Source: Afipia sp. (GTDB lineage Bacteria > Pseudomonadota > Alphaproteobacteria > Rhizobiales > Xanthobacteraceae). From it: 54,573 bases of DNA. Below are positions 38,029 through 47,536 of the stretch, piece after piece. Every line of letters starts with the position of its first letter. The stretch's first letter is position 1. Location: contig JAYVYQ010000071.1 in the NCBI GenBank assembly GCA_043784125.1, forward strand, positions 1 to 54,573, read 5' to 3'. A program made the translations under genes and the position numbers. Below the pieces are notes generated by a model. The model saw only the letters and a list, made by a program, of their open reading frames with translations. It had not been told where the DNA came from and made no database searches.

Positions 38029-40007
38029 ATTCCGACTCCTGTGAACGGGCTATTACTATTGCGCAAATTCCGGTATCGCGCCAGCGCCCAGAGCGGGAAG
38101 AACTTGGAATATCCGTGATATCGCAAATAGAACACACGCGGGAACCCGCCGCCTGTGTAATACGGCTCGACCCAGAGACCATCTTTCGCCTGTGTCGCAA
38201 TGAGATTCTGGATTCCGCGCTGGGTGGCCGAATGATCGGTCTTTCCTGCAGCCATAAGCGCCAATGTCGCCCATGCCGTCTGTGAGGCGGTTGTCTCAGC
38301 CGGCTCGCAGCCTTTATAGTCGAGCTTGTAGCTGTTCCCGTCCTCGCCCCAACCGCCATCGGGGTTCTGAATCGCGATCAGCCAGTCGGCGGCTTTGCTC
38401 ATCACCGGGTCGTCATGGGCGACGCCTGCGGCGTTCAGCGCACACAGCGCCGACCAGGTTCCGTAGACGTAATTGATTCCCCAGCGTCCGAACCACGAGC
38501 CGTCCGGCAATTGCGTGCGGCGCAGATAGTCGACGCCGCGACGCAGCGCCTCGGAGGTCTCGATGGTCTCGCCAAGTTGCGCCAGCATCGACACGCAGCG
38601 CGCGGTGACATCGTCGGTCGGCGGATCGAGCAGCGCGCCGTGATCGGCGAAGGGAATGTTGTTGAGATAATATTCCAGATTGTCGGCATCGAACGCCGCC
38701 CAGCCGCCATCCTTGCTCTGCAGGCCGAGCAGCCATTCGGTGCCGCGCGCGATGGCCTCATCATATTTCGCGCCGCTGCCGAGCTTGGTGCGGGCGCGAT
38801 CCATCGCCATGACGACAACAGCGGTGTCGTCGAGGTCGGGATAATGCGCGTTGTTGTATTGAAATGCCCAACCGCCCGGACGCACACCGGGGCGCTTTTC
38901 GATCCAGTCGCCTTCGACGTCGAGAACCTGTTTGGGTAACAGCCAGTCGAGCGATTTTTTTGCGGCTTCGACATCCGGCTCACCGCCCGCCTCGATCATC
39001 GCATGCGCGGCAAGCGCCGTGTCCCAGATCGGCGACACACATGGCTGGCAATAGGCTTCATCGTCCTTAATGACGAGCAGATTCTCGACCGACTGCCGCG
39101 CCTGCACGTAATTCGGATGGTCCTTCGGATAGCACAGCACCTCGTACATCATCACGCTGTTGACCATCGCGGGAAAAATCGCGCCAAGGCCATCGACGCC
39201 GTTGAGACGCTCGGTGACGAACGCAACCGCTTTGTCGGTGGCGCGCTGGCGCATCGCCTTCGGAAAATAGGGGTCTGCGGCGCGCAACACCGCGTCGATG
39301 ATCGCGAAACCCGTGACCCAGATCTGGCTTTGATGGGCGGCCTTCGCCGGCGGACCGATGGTCTTGGGGTCTTGAAGGAACAATTCGTCGATGGTGACAC
39401 GAAGCAGATTCTTCGCCAGCGGCCGCAAATTCATCAGCACCAGCAGCGGTACAATCACGACGCGCGCCCAATACGAGATTTTGGTCAGATGGAACGGAAA
39501 CCAGCGCGGCAGCAGCATGATCTCGATCGGCATCACCGGCGTCGCGCGCCATGTCGTCACGCCGAACAGCGACAGCATGATACGGGTGAACACGTTGGAA
39601 TTGATGGCACCGCCGCGGCGGCGTATTTCCTCGCGCGCTTTCTTCATATGCGGCGCGTCGATCGAATCGCCGATCATCTTCAGCGCGAAGTAAGCCTTCA
39701 CGCTGGCGCTCATGTCGAACTCGTGGCCATAGAACAGCGACCATCCGCCATTGTCATTCTGGATGCGGCGCAGATAATTGGCGATCTTGCCTTCGATCTC
39801 CGGATCGATGGGCTCGGCGAGATAATGCCGCATCAGCACATATTCGGACGGAATCGTGCAGTCGGCTTCAAGCTCGAACACCCAATGGCCGTCGGGCTTG
39901 CGCGCCGCGCGCATGGCATCGCTCGCAGCCGTAATGCTGCTTTGAAGCGCATCCGCTGCGGGCGCGGTGGCGAGAGTATGATCTCGTGTCATGGCGCTCG
40001 GCATCAC
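38025..40007 (-). CDS. shc: Squalene-hopene cyclase
   Basis: YPDLDDTAV catalytic motif; several QxxDGxW repeats; GFPRVFYLRY. Confidence 0.98.
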   Translation of the reverse strand: MMPSAMTRDHTLATAPAADALQSSITAASDAMRAARKPDGHWVFELEADCTIPSEYVLMRHYLAEPIDPEIEGKIANYLRRIQNDNGGWSLFYGHEFDMSASVKAYFALKMIGDSIDAPHMKKAREEIRRRGGAINSNVFTRIMLSLFGVTTWRATPVMPIEIMLLPRWFPFHLTKISYWARVVIVPLLVLMNLRPLAKNLLRVTIDELFLQDPKTIGPPAKAAHQSQIWVTGFAIIDAVLRAADPYFPKAMRQRATDKAVAFVTERLNGVDGLGAIFPAMVNSVMMYEVLCYPKDHPNYVQARQSVENLLVIKDDEAYCQPCVSPIWDTALAAHAMIEAGGEPDVEAAKKSLDWLLPKQVLDVEGDWIEKRPGVRPGGWAFQYNNAHYPDLDDTAVVVMAMDRARTKLGSGAKYDEAIARGTEWLLGLQSKDGGWAAFDADNLEYYLNNIPFADHGALLDPPTDDVTARCVSMLAQLGETIETSEALRRGVDYLRRTQLPDGSWFGRWGINYVYGTWSALCALNAAGVAHDDPVMSKAADWLIAIQNPDGGWGEDGNSYKLDYKGCEPAETTASQTAWATLALMAAGKTDHSATQRGIQNLIATQAKDGLWVEPYYTGGGFPRVFYLRYHGYSKFFPLWALARYRNLRNSNSPFTGVGM

Positions 40008-40013
40008 TCACAA

Positions 40014-41276
40014 TTACTGCATTTTAAGGACGAGATCGGCAGCCCAGTCGCCGGAGCGCACCGATCCTTCGATGGTCGCCGGCAGACCCGTATCGGTCCA
40101 GTCGCCCGCAAGAAACAGGTTTTTCCATTCCGTGACCGTCTTCGGCCGCATGGCGTTCTGCTCAGGCGTCGCCTCGAATGTGGCACGGCGCTCGCGGACA
40201 ATCTGCCAGCGCGGCAACGGGCCTTCGGCCACGTCGTTTCCAAGCACGGCGGCCTTGCAGATGTCGCGCCAGATGTCGCGCGCCAGTTGCTCGCGCGGAA
40301 CATCCACCAGCCGGTCGGCGTCGCTGATCGTCACCGACAGCCGTTGATGAAACGCGAACAGCCATTCGACCAGCCCGCCAATGACGCCCATCATCGGCGG
40401 CATATTCTCCGGCGGATCGTAGCGGAAATGCGCATTGACGATGGCGCGGAATTTCTTCGGCGTCTTTACGCCGAGCAAAATGGATGACGCCGCGCGCGGC
40501 GGCACCGCGAGCACGACCGCGTCACTTGGCGACAGCGTGACGGCATCGTCGCCGAATTCCAGCGTCGAAATGTTTTCGCCCGCCATCAGCACCTGACGCA
40601 ATTCATGTCCGAAATTGACGGTCGCGCCCTTCTCGTGCAGCAGCTTGATTGCGGGATCGACCAGCACCGCACTCAATCCGTCGCGCGCGATCAGCGGACG
40701 GCACGCCTGCCCGCCTGCAAGCAGCGTTTCGCGCACGATCGTACCGGCCAATCCTGCAGAGCCTTTCGGCGGATCGACGTTGAGTGCGGCGAGCAACAGC
40801 GGGTGCACGAGGCGATTATAAAGAGCGCCCTCGCAGGGAATGGTGTCGCCGACGAGCGTGTTCGTACCCGCCCAGATCAGCGGCGCCAGCGCGAGATAGT
40901 CGGCGACTTTCGTGTCCGGCACGCGACGCTTGCCGTCGAACAGCCACGTCGGAATGCGGCCCTTGCCGAGATCGAGCAGCCATCGCTTGTCGTCGCGCAG
41001 ATCGACGAAATGAAACTGCGCGCGTTCCGGCCCGACAAGTCCTGCTTCGGTGCCGATCGAGCGCGCATAGGCGCACGCATGGCTGTTGCCGGACAACAGC
41101 AGATGGTTGCCATTGTCGATGACGAGATCGGTTGCAGCATCGTAATAGGACCGGCAGCGCCCACCGGCCTGTTGCGTGGCCTCGTGGACGTGGACCTCAT
41201 AGCCTTCGTTCGCCAGCCGGACCGCGGCGGCCAGGCCGGAAATTCCGGCGCCGATGATGTGCGCTTTTTTTGCCAT
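40014..41276 (-). CDS. hpnE: Hydroxysqualene dehydroxylase
   Basis: GAGISG, GGRCRS, DNGNH, LAGDWT..GLPATIEG. Confidence 0.95.
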   Translation of the reverse strand: MAKKAHIIGAGISGLAAAVRLANEGYEVHVHEATQQAGGRCRSYYDAATDLVIDNGNHLLLSGNSHACAYARSIGTEAGLVGPERAQFHFVDLRDDKRWLLDLGKGRIPTWLFDGKRRVPDTKVADYLALAPLIWAGTNTLVGDTIPCEGALYNRLVHPLLLAALNVDPPKGSAGLAGTIVRETLLAGGQACRPLIARDGLSAVLVDPAIKLLHEKGATVNFGHELRQVLMAGENISTLEFGDDAVTLSPSDAVVLAVPPRAASSILLGVKTPKKFRAIVNAHFRYDPPENMPPMMGVIGGLVEWLFAFHQRLSVTISDADRLVDVPREQLARDIWRDICKAAVLGNDVAEGPLPRWQIVRERRATFEATPEQNAMRPKTVTEWKNLFLAGDWTDTGLPATIEGSVRSGDWAADLVLKMQ

Positions 41277-42124
41277 CAGAAAAATGCGTGCCGCAGAACG
41301 ATGAAAATCTTCGTCGCTTTACTAAGCTTGACCGACGCGCGCGGCAACGCAAATCCGCGCCGCACTAGCCGATCCAGAATCGCGTGATAATACTCGTACA
41401 TGATGCGCGGTGCACGAACCACGCGGCTTGGGCTGCGCGCCATGATGACTTCGGCCTTGGCAAAATGCGTCCGCGCCAGCGCCAGAATATCCTCACATGC
41501 CCGCGGCAGACGCGGATCGGACGCCACGATCAGCGGATCGTTGGACATGATGCCTGCGGATTTCAGGCTTTCACTCGGAAGGTAAAGCCTGCCGATTCCC
41601 GCATCCTCGTCGATATCGCGCAGGATGTTGGTCAGTTGAAGCGCGCGGCCGAGATGCTTGGCCAGAAGAATTCCGTCCTCCTCGCCCATGCCGAACACCC
41701 GCACCGATAAGCGCCCCACGGCGCTGGCGACGCGGTCGCAATACAGATCGAGCGTTTCGGCATTCGGCGCGCGAATATCGGCCGGCACATCCATTTCCAT
41801 GCCGTCGATGATGGCGATGAAATCTTCGCGCCGCAGATCGAACTGCTTCACCGACGCGACATAATCCGCCAGATGCGCAGGCGGCCTGCCGGCATAGAGC
41901 GCGTCGATATCGCGCCGCCATTGCGCAAGTGCTGCAAGACGCTCCGGGCGGGGACCGTCGGAATCGGCGATGTCGTCGACCTTGCGGCAGAAACTGTAGA
42001 TCTGGAACATCGCGCCACGCTGCGCAGGCGGCAAAATCCGCATCGCTGCGTAGAACGAACTGTTGGACGCTGTTTGCTGCGGCGTCATATCGGGAATGGT
42101 GGCGGCTTCGTTCATGGCGTTCAC
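41276..42124 (-). CDS. hpnD: Presqualene diphosphate synthase
   Basis: SSFYAAM, DDIAD, YCDRVASAVG, QLTNILRDIDED. Confidence 0.95.
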   Translation of the reverse strand: MNAMNEAATIPDMTPQQTASNSSFYAAMRILPPAQRGAMFQIYSFCRKVDDIADSDGPRPERLAALAQWRRDIDALYAGRPPAHLADYVASVKQFDLRREDFIAIIDGMEMDVPADIRAPNAETLDLYCDRVASAVGRLSVRVFGMGEEDGILLAKHLGRALQLTNILRDIDEDAGIGRLYLPSESLKSAGIMSNDPLIVASDPRLPRACEDILALARTHFAKAEVIMARSPSRVVRAPRIMYEYYHAILDRLVRRGFALPRASVKLSKATKIFIVLRHAFF

Positions 42125-42993
42125 GCCGCCTTGCGCGAGATCGCGCCCTGCCCGGTCGCGCGGCGATAGAACCCGAACGCCATCGCCGACAGTGCCGATG
42201 CCAGCATCTGCTGTTTCGACAGATGCACGTTCTCGCTCAATGGATCGCGGACCTTCAAGAGGTTCACGATTCTGTCGGCGAACGCGTCGATCACCGAAAT
42301 CTCAAGACCGAGCCGCGTGTCCTTCACATCGCGCGCAAGGCTGCGGCTTTCGTCCAGCAACGCCTCGGTGCGCCGCGCCAGAGCCTGCAGGCATTTAAGC
42401 AATTCGGGCGTCGCGCGGTCTTTCGCCAGCATCTGAACATTCACGCCCGCTGCGTTCATCGCATCCTGCGGAAGATAGACGCGATCGAGATCGCGATAAT
42501 CCTTGGCGCAATCCTGCAGATGATTGTTGATCTGCAACGCGGCGCACAGCGCGTCATTGGCTTTCCAGGTGGAGCGATCCTCATCATGCACGTCGAGCAT
42601 GAAACGACCGACCGGCATTGCGGAGAGCGAACAATAATGAATCAGCTCGTCCCAATTGGCGTACCGTAGTTTGGTGCAATCCAAGCGAAACGCGTTGAGC
42701 AGATCCTGCGCGTGTTTCGGCGGCATCGCACGCGTCGCAAATGCCGCGCGCAGCGCAACCCCTTCACGCTCTCTGTCGTCGCGACCGAGCAAACTCGACT
42801 CAAGCCGATCGAGGCGATCCAATTTTTCCTGCGCAGGCAGGGTCGCGTGATCGGCGATGTCGTCGGCGGTGCGGACGAAATTGTAGAAGGCAAGGATCAG
42901 CGCGCGGTGGCGCGGATGGATGATCCACGACGCGACCGGAAAATTCTCGTCCTTGTGGCCCTTGCCGGATCGCAATTCGCCTGCGGTCGTCAT
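42121..42993 (-). CDS. hpnC: Hydroxysqualene synthase
   Basis: ENFPVAS, DDIAD, YCSLSAMPVGR, LQINNHLQD. Confidence 0.95.
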   Translation of the reverse strand: MTTAGELRSGKGHKDENFPVASWIIHPRHRALILAFYNFVRTADDIADHATLPAQEKLDRLDRLESSLLGRDDREREGVALRAAFATRAMPPKHAQDLLNAFRLDCTKLRYANWDELIHYCSLSAMPVGRFMLDVHDEDRSTWKANDALCAALQINNHLQDCAKDYRDLDRVYLPQDAMNAAGVNVQMLAKDRATPELLKCLQALARRTEALLDESRSLARDVKDTRLGLEISVIDAFADRIVNLLKVRDPLSENVHLSKQQMLASALSAMAFGFYRRATGQGAISRKAA

Positions 42994-43150
42994 CAGGTAT
43001 CCTTGAGCCCGCGCCAGCGCGCGGCCTTATGTCGGGCATTAAAAGAGTTGATCGTGCGCCGATTTAGCAGATAGGCGCGCAGCCGTACAATCCGGCTCAG
43101 ATACGCATAATAGCTATCAATATCAATAGCTTAAATGTCGCGACCCGCAC

Positions 43151-44737
43151 CTATTCGGCCGCCTCAGCGACTTCCTGCAGGGGAGCCGAATAATAAGAAG
43201 CGGTCTGCTTGCCCTGCGATGCGCCACGCGCGAACAGAATGAGGTGGTGGGCGACGAGGCCGACGCTGATGAGGCGCTCGGCGTCGCCGGACTTGATGCG
43301 GGGCCACGCGAAAGTCCAGAATTCGCGGCGATAGTCGCCGACGATCCCGACATACCAGAAAATCTTCGCCAGCATCGTCAGCCCGCGCTTGATGTTGCGC
43401 CATGACATCCGCTGCGGGCTGTTCGGCGGTTTGATGCGGTTCGAGTAGGTGTGACGCGCCTGATACTCAAAACGCCTGAACATCTTTTCCGGCGTATAGG
43501 CGCGGCCCATGCAGTCGCGCCAGGTAGCCACGACATGATCGTAGGGCAAAAAGAAATCGACGTTGGATTCGCGTTCGGGGTCGTCGATCAGGCGGCCTTC
43601 GCGCTTGAGGCGATCCCAAAGCGGCGTGCGCGGCAAGGCCTGCAGGAGATTGATCGTCAGCAATGGGATCTGCGACTGTTCGACGAATTCGAGAATGCCC
43701 TCGCCCGAATCCGGCGTGTCGGTATCGAGGCCGAGGATAATGCCCGACACCACTTCCAGGCCGTAGCTGTTGAGCGTCTGCACGCCCTCCAGAATCGGCA
43801 CCATCATGTTGTGCTGTTTCGACATCGCTTTCAGCGCCACCGGGTCCGGCGTCTCGATGCCGCAGAACACCGTGAGAAAATACGCCTCGCGCATCAACTC
43901 CAGAATTTCGGGGCGCTTGGCGATGTTCAGCGTGGCCTCGCAGGCAAACTGAATCGCAAAACCATTCTTCTTCTGCCATTCCACCAGATGCGGCAGCAGA
44001 TCGAGCGCCGCCTTGCGATTGCCGATGAAATTATCATCGACGAAATACACCGACCCCGACAGGCCGCATGCCAGCATCTTGTCGAGTTCGGCGGTGACTT
44101 GCTGCGGCGATTTCAAACGTGGGTTGCGCCCGTACAGCGCAGGGATGTCGCAGAACTCGCATTGATAGGGACAGCCGCTGGAGAACTGGATGCTGCCGAG
44201 AAAATATTTTTCGAGCGGGATCAGCTCATAGGCGGGCAGCGGAAACTTCTCCATGTCCAGCCGTTCTTGCGTGGTGAGCACAACCTGCTGCTTCGGGCGC
44301 GACGTGTCGCGCGTAAGCCTGCGGAACAGATCGTCGGTGGCATCGCCGAGTTCGCCGATGTGCAGATAATCGAATTCCGGATATTGCTCGGGCGATGCAC
44401 TGACGGACGGCCCGCCGAGCGCCACGGACAAATCATGTGCATGCGCGCGGCGGCAGATGTCTTTCATCTGCGGGCGCTGGATGTGCATGCCGCTGACGAA
44501 CACGGCGTCGCACCACGCAAAATCCGTGTCGTTGGCTTTGCGGATGTTCTCGTCGATGAAGCGGACTTCCCAGCCCTGCGGCAACGAGGCTGCGATCAGC
44601 AGAAGACCCTGCGGCGGCATGAAGGCCTGCACGCCGTCCGTCAACTTGTAGGCGTATTCAAACGTGCCAAAAGAAGGTGAGTAATGTGGAAACACACACA
44701 GAATACGGCGCTTCGTAGGATTTACGACGTCTCTCAT
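43151..44737 (-). CDS. hpnP: Hopanoid C-2 methylase, B12-binding radical SAM (start could be 44830)
   Basis: RRILCVFP..SFGTF, FMPPQGLL, CPYQCEFC, FVDDNFIGN; directly upstream of hpnC. Confidence 0.88.
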   Translation of the reverse strand: MRDVVNPTKRRILCVFPHYSPSFGTFEYAYKLTDGVQAFMPPQGLLLIAASLPQGWEVRFIDENIRKANDTDFAWCDAVFVSGMHIQRPQMKDICRRAHAHDLSVALGGPSVSASPEQYPEFDYLHIGELGDATDDLFRRLTRDTSRPKQQVVLTTQERLDMEKFPLPAYELIPLEKYFLGSIQFSSGCPYQCEFCDIPALYGRNPRLKSPQQVTAELDKMLACGLSGSVYFVDDNFIGNRKAALDLLPHLVEWQKKNGFAIQFACEATLNIAKRPEILELMREAYFLTVFCGIETPDPVALKAMSKQHNMMVPILEGVQTLNSYGLEVVSGIILGLDTDTPDSGEGILEFVEQSQIPLLTINLLQALPRTPLWDRLKREGRLIDDPERESNVDFFLPYDHVVATWRDCMGRAYTPEKMFRRFEYQARHTYSNRIKPPNSPQRMSWRNIKRGLTMLAKIFWYVGIVGDYRREFWTFAWPRIKSGDAERLISVGLVAHHLILFARGASQGKQTASYYSAPLQEVAEAAE

Positions 44738-44859
44738 CAGCCCCCCGCTCACATCCGCAGTCGCGCCAGAACGAGCCAAAATTTCGTTGAGAATGAGGCG
44801 CGGATCAAGCGGACTTTGACCCCCAGTCATGCACCGAATTTTGCCCCTAGGTCATTGAA

Positions 44860-44884
44860 AACTCATGCTAGCAAGGATTGTTCC
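44860..44884 (-). promoter_or_regulatory. EcfG-type promoter GGAAC-N17-GTT upstream of hpnP
   Basis: Minus strand GGAACaatccttgctagcatgaGTT; EcfG control of hpnP is known in Rhodopseudomonas palustris. Confidence 0.72.
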
Positions 44885-45012
44885 ATATCCTCGGGAATCC
44901 CACTATCCGGGCCGTAAAACGCTGCTATCGTGACCGGACATAAGGCCAAATAAACAGCCTGGGCGCGCCTGCGCGGCGGGTAAAAATCAAGAACGTCACC
45001 GAGGGAAGCATC

Positions 45013-46014
45013 ATGAGTGCCAGCGTCAACCGCCAGATCCTGCTTGTCGAGAAACCCACCGGCAAGCTCGTGCAATCGCATTTCAAAATGTCGGAAGCGA
45101 AGATTCCGGAGCCGAAGGACGGCGAGGTTTTGTTGCGGGTGAAATACATCTCGCTCGATGCCGCCAACCGCGCATGGATGCAGGGCGCGACCTATCGCGC
45201 AGCCGTGGAAGCCAACACCGTGATGGCCGGCGGCGGCATCGCCGAAGTGGTCTCGTCGAAAGCGCCGGGTCTGAAGGAAGGCGATCTCGTATTCGGCGAT
45301 ACCGGCTGGCAGGATTATGCCGCCGTGCCTGCGAAGCACCTCGTCAAGGTGCCTCGCATGGAGCCGATGACGCATCTGCTCAGTGTGTATGGCATCGCCG
45401 GTCTCACGGCCTATTTCGGACTGCTCACGATCGGCAAACCGAAATCCGGTGAAACGGTCGTCGTCTCGGCGGCGGCGGGTTCGGTCGGCTCGATTGTCGG
45501 CCAGATTGCCAAGATCAAGGGCTGCCGCGTCGTCGGCATCGCGGGCGGCAAGGACAAGTGTAACTGGCTGGTCTCCGAACTCGGCTTCGACGCAGCGGTA
45601 GATTATAAATCCGAACCCGTGTTCAAGGCGCTGAAGGCAGCCGCGCCTTCCGGCATCGATGTCTATTTCGACAATGTCGGCGGCGACATTCTTGAAGCAT
45701 GTCTCGCACAAATGAACAATCGCGGACGCATCTCATGCTGTGGCGCGATCTCGGCCTATGACGGTGCGGCACCCGCGCACGGCCCGCGCGGCATTCCGGG
45801 ATTGATCGTGGTCAAACGTCTCATCATGCAGGGCTTCATCGTCACGGATTTCTATGACCAACGCGAACAGGCGATGGCCGACCTGCAGTCATGGGTCAAA
45901 TCCGGCAAGCTCAAGGTGCAGGAAGACGTCATCAGCGGGCTGGAAAACACCCCGCAGGCGCTGATCGGATTGCTGGCCGGCGAAAACCGCGGCAAACGAA
46001 TGGTGAAAATATAA
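45013..46014 (+). CDS. NADP-dependent alkenal/prostaglandin reductase-like MDR oxidoreductase
   Basis: YISLD, GLTAYFGL, SAAAGSVGS, GIAGG..KC, YFDNVGG, GENRGK. Confidence 0.92.
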   Translation: MSASVNRQILLVEKPTGKLVQSHFKMSEAKIPEPKDGEVLLRVKYISLDAANRAWMQGATYRAAVEANTVMAGGGIAEVVSSKAPGLKEGDLVFGDTGWQDYAAVPAKHLVKVPRMEPMTHLLSVYGIAGLTAYFGLLTIGKPKSGETVVVSAAAGSVGSIVGQIAKIKGCRVVGIAGGKDKCNWLVSELGFDAAVDYKSEPVFKALKAAAPSGIDVYFDNVGGDILEACLAQMNNRGRISCCGAISAYDGAAPAHGPRGIPGLIVVKRLIMQGFIVTDFYDQREQAMADLQSWVKSGKLKVQEDVISGLENTPQALIGLLAGENRGKRMVKI

Positions 46015-46094
46015 GCAACACCGCCGCCGTTGTTTTATTCCCGGCACGGCCCTGTGACACAAGGTAACTAACGCCGTCGCGGAACCGCGATCTA

Positions 46095-46110
46095 TGGCAC
46101 GCTCTTTGCT
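46095..46110 (+). promoter_or_regulatory. Sigma54 (RpoN) -24/-12 promoter
   Basis: TGGCACG-CTCT-TTGCT, an exact match to TGGCACG-N4-TTGCW, 33 nt upstream of the oxlT ATG. Confidence 0.85.
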
Positions 46111-46143
46111 GAGTTCTCACTGAAAACATGGGGAGATTTCGTT

Positions 46144-47424
46144 ATGAGTGCTGCTGCAGTAAAATCCGACGTCGGCAACGCACGCTGGGTCCAATTGGCG
46201 TTGGGCGTCATCGCCATGATGGCGATCTCCAGCCCGCAATATGTCTGGACGCTGTTCGTCAAATCGTTCCAGACCACCACGGGGGCCACGCTTCCGGCGA
46301 TTCAGATCACGTTCTCACTTCTCATCGTACTGCAGACGTTCTTCTCGCCATTGCAAGGCTGGCTGATCGAGAAGTTCGGGCCCAAATGGCTGATCGCCAT
46401 CGGCGCGCTGTTGAGCGGTCTCGGCTGGGTGCTCTCCGCGCAGATCACGTCGCTGTACGGTCTTTATGCAACCTATGGCTTATTTTGCGGCATCGGCACC
46501 GGCCTGGTTTACGTCGGCATCGTCGGCCTGATGGTGCGCTGGTTCCCGGACAAGCGCGGTTTCGCAACCGGCATGGTCGCCGCCGGTTACGGCTTCGGCG
46601 CGATTGCGACCACGTTTCCCATTTCGGACATGCTGGCCTCATCGGGCTATCAGAGCACGCTGACGACCTTCGGCATCATTCTCGGCGCCGTCGGCTTCCT
46701 TGCGGCATTGGGCCTGCGCGATCCGAAACCCGGCGAGATCAGCGGCATCGCGCCGATGGTCTCAGTCGCCAAGAAAGACTATGAGCCGAAGCAGATGCTG
46801 AAGACGCCGATCTTCTGGCTGATGTTCGTCATGATGACGATGATGTCCACGGGTGGCCTGATGGTGATTTCGCAGTTCGCGAATTTCACGAAGGATTTCG
46901 GCGTCGCCAGCGTCGTGATCTGGGGATTTGCCGCGCTGCCTTTGGCGTTGACAATCGACCGCATCACCAATGGTCTAACGCGGCCGTTCTTCGGCTATGT
47001 ATCGGACCGGATCGGTCGCGAGAACACAATGGGCATCGCCTTCATCTTTGAAGGCCTCGCCATCGCCGCGATGGTCGCTTCGCGCGACAATCCGGTGGCC
47101 TTCGTCCTGCTGTCGGGCGTGGTGTTCTTCGGATGGGGCGAGATCTTCTCGCTGTTCCCCTCGACGTTGACCGACACCTTCGGCACCAAGAACGCGACCA
47201 CCAATTACGGCTTCCTCTATATCGCGCAGGGCATCGGCTCCGTGCTCGGCGGCCCGGTCGCAGCCCTCATCCACGACTCCAATGGAAGCTGGATGCCGGT
47301 GTTCGGCATCATCATCGCGATGGACATTCTGACCGGGCTTCTGGCGCTGTTTGTTTTGAAACCGTGGCGGTCGGCGTGGTTCTCTGGCAAGTTCGCAGGC
47401 GCCAAAATGGCACCTGCAGAATAA
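46144..47424 (+). CDS. oxlT: Oxalate/formate antiporter family MFS transporter
   Basis: RWVQL..QYVWTLF, WFPDKRG, NGLTRPFFG, GWGEIFSLFP, NYGFLY; about 12 TM. Confidence 0.88.
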   Translation: MSAAAVKSDVGNARWVQLALGVIAMMAISSPQYVWTLFVKSFQTTTGATLPAIQITFSLLIVLQTFFSPLQGWLIEKFGPKWLIAIGALLSGLGWVLSAQITSLYGLYATYGLFCGIGTGLVYVGIVGLMVRWFPDKRGFATGMVAAGYGFGAIATTFPISDMLASSGYQSTLTTFGIILGAVGFLAALGLRDPKPGEISGIAPMVSVAKKDYEPKQMLKTPIFWLMFVMMTMMSTGGLMVISQFANFTKDFGVASVVIWGFAALPLALTIDRITNGLTRPFFGYVSDRIGRENTMGIAFIFEGLAIAAMVASRDNPVAFVLLSGVVFFGWGEIFSLFPSTLTDTFGTKNATTNYGFLYIAQGIGSVLGGPVAALIHDSNGSWMPVFGIIIAMDILTGLLALFVLKPWRSAWFSGKFAGAKMAPAE

Positions 47425-47442
47425 ACTCCCGATGTCATCTCG

Positions 47443-47469
47443 AAATGCCCGGCATAAGCCGGGCATTTT
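47443..47469 (+). terminator. Terminator-like hairpin after oxlT
   Basis: AAATGCCCGGC-ATAA-GCCGGGCATTTT. Confidence 0.75.
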
Positions 47470-47536
47470 GCGTTTTGTGACGCGACATTTTTCGCATAGA
47501 CAGGGCGCGTCTCTCCACGACGAATGGAATTGAACG

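Noticed and set aside
39003-40487. Long antisense ORFs (494 aa here; also 8330-9514, 43451-44680, 52279-53580, 35980-37104 and others)
   Set aside because: They are shadow frames opposite well-supported genes, expected in GC-rich DNA, with no recognisable motifs.
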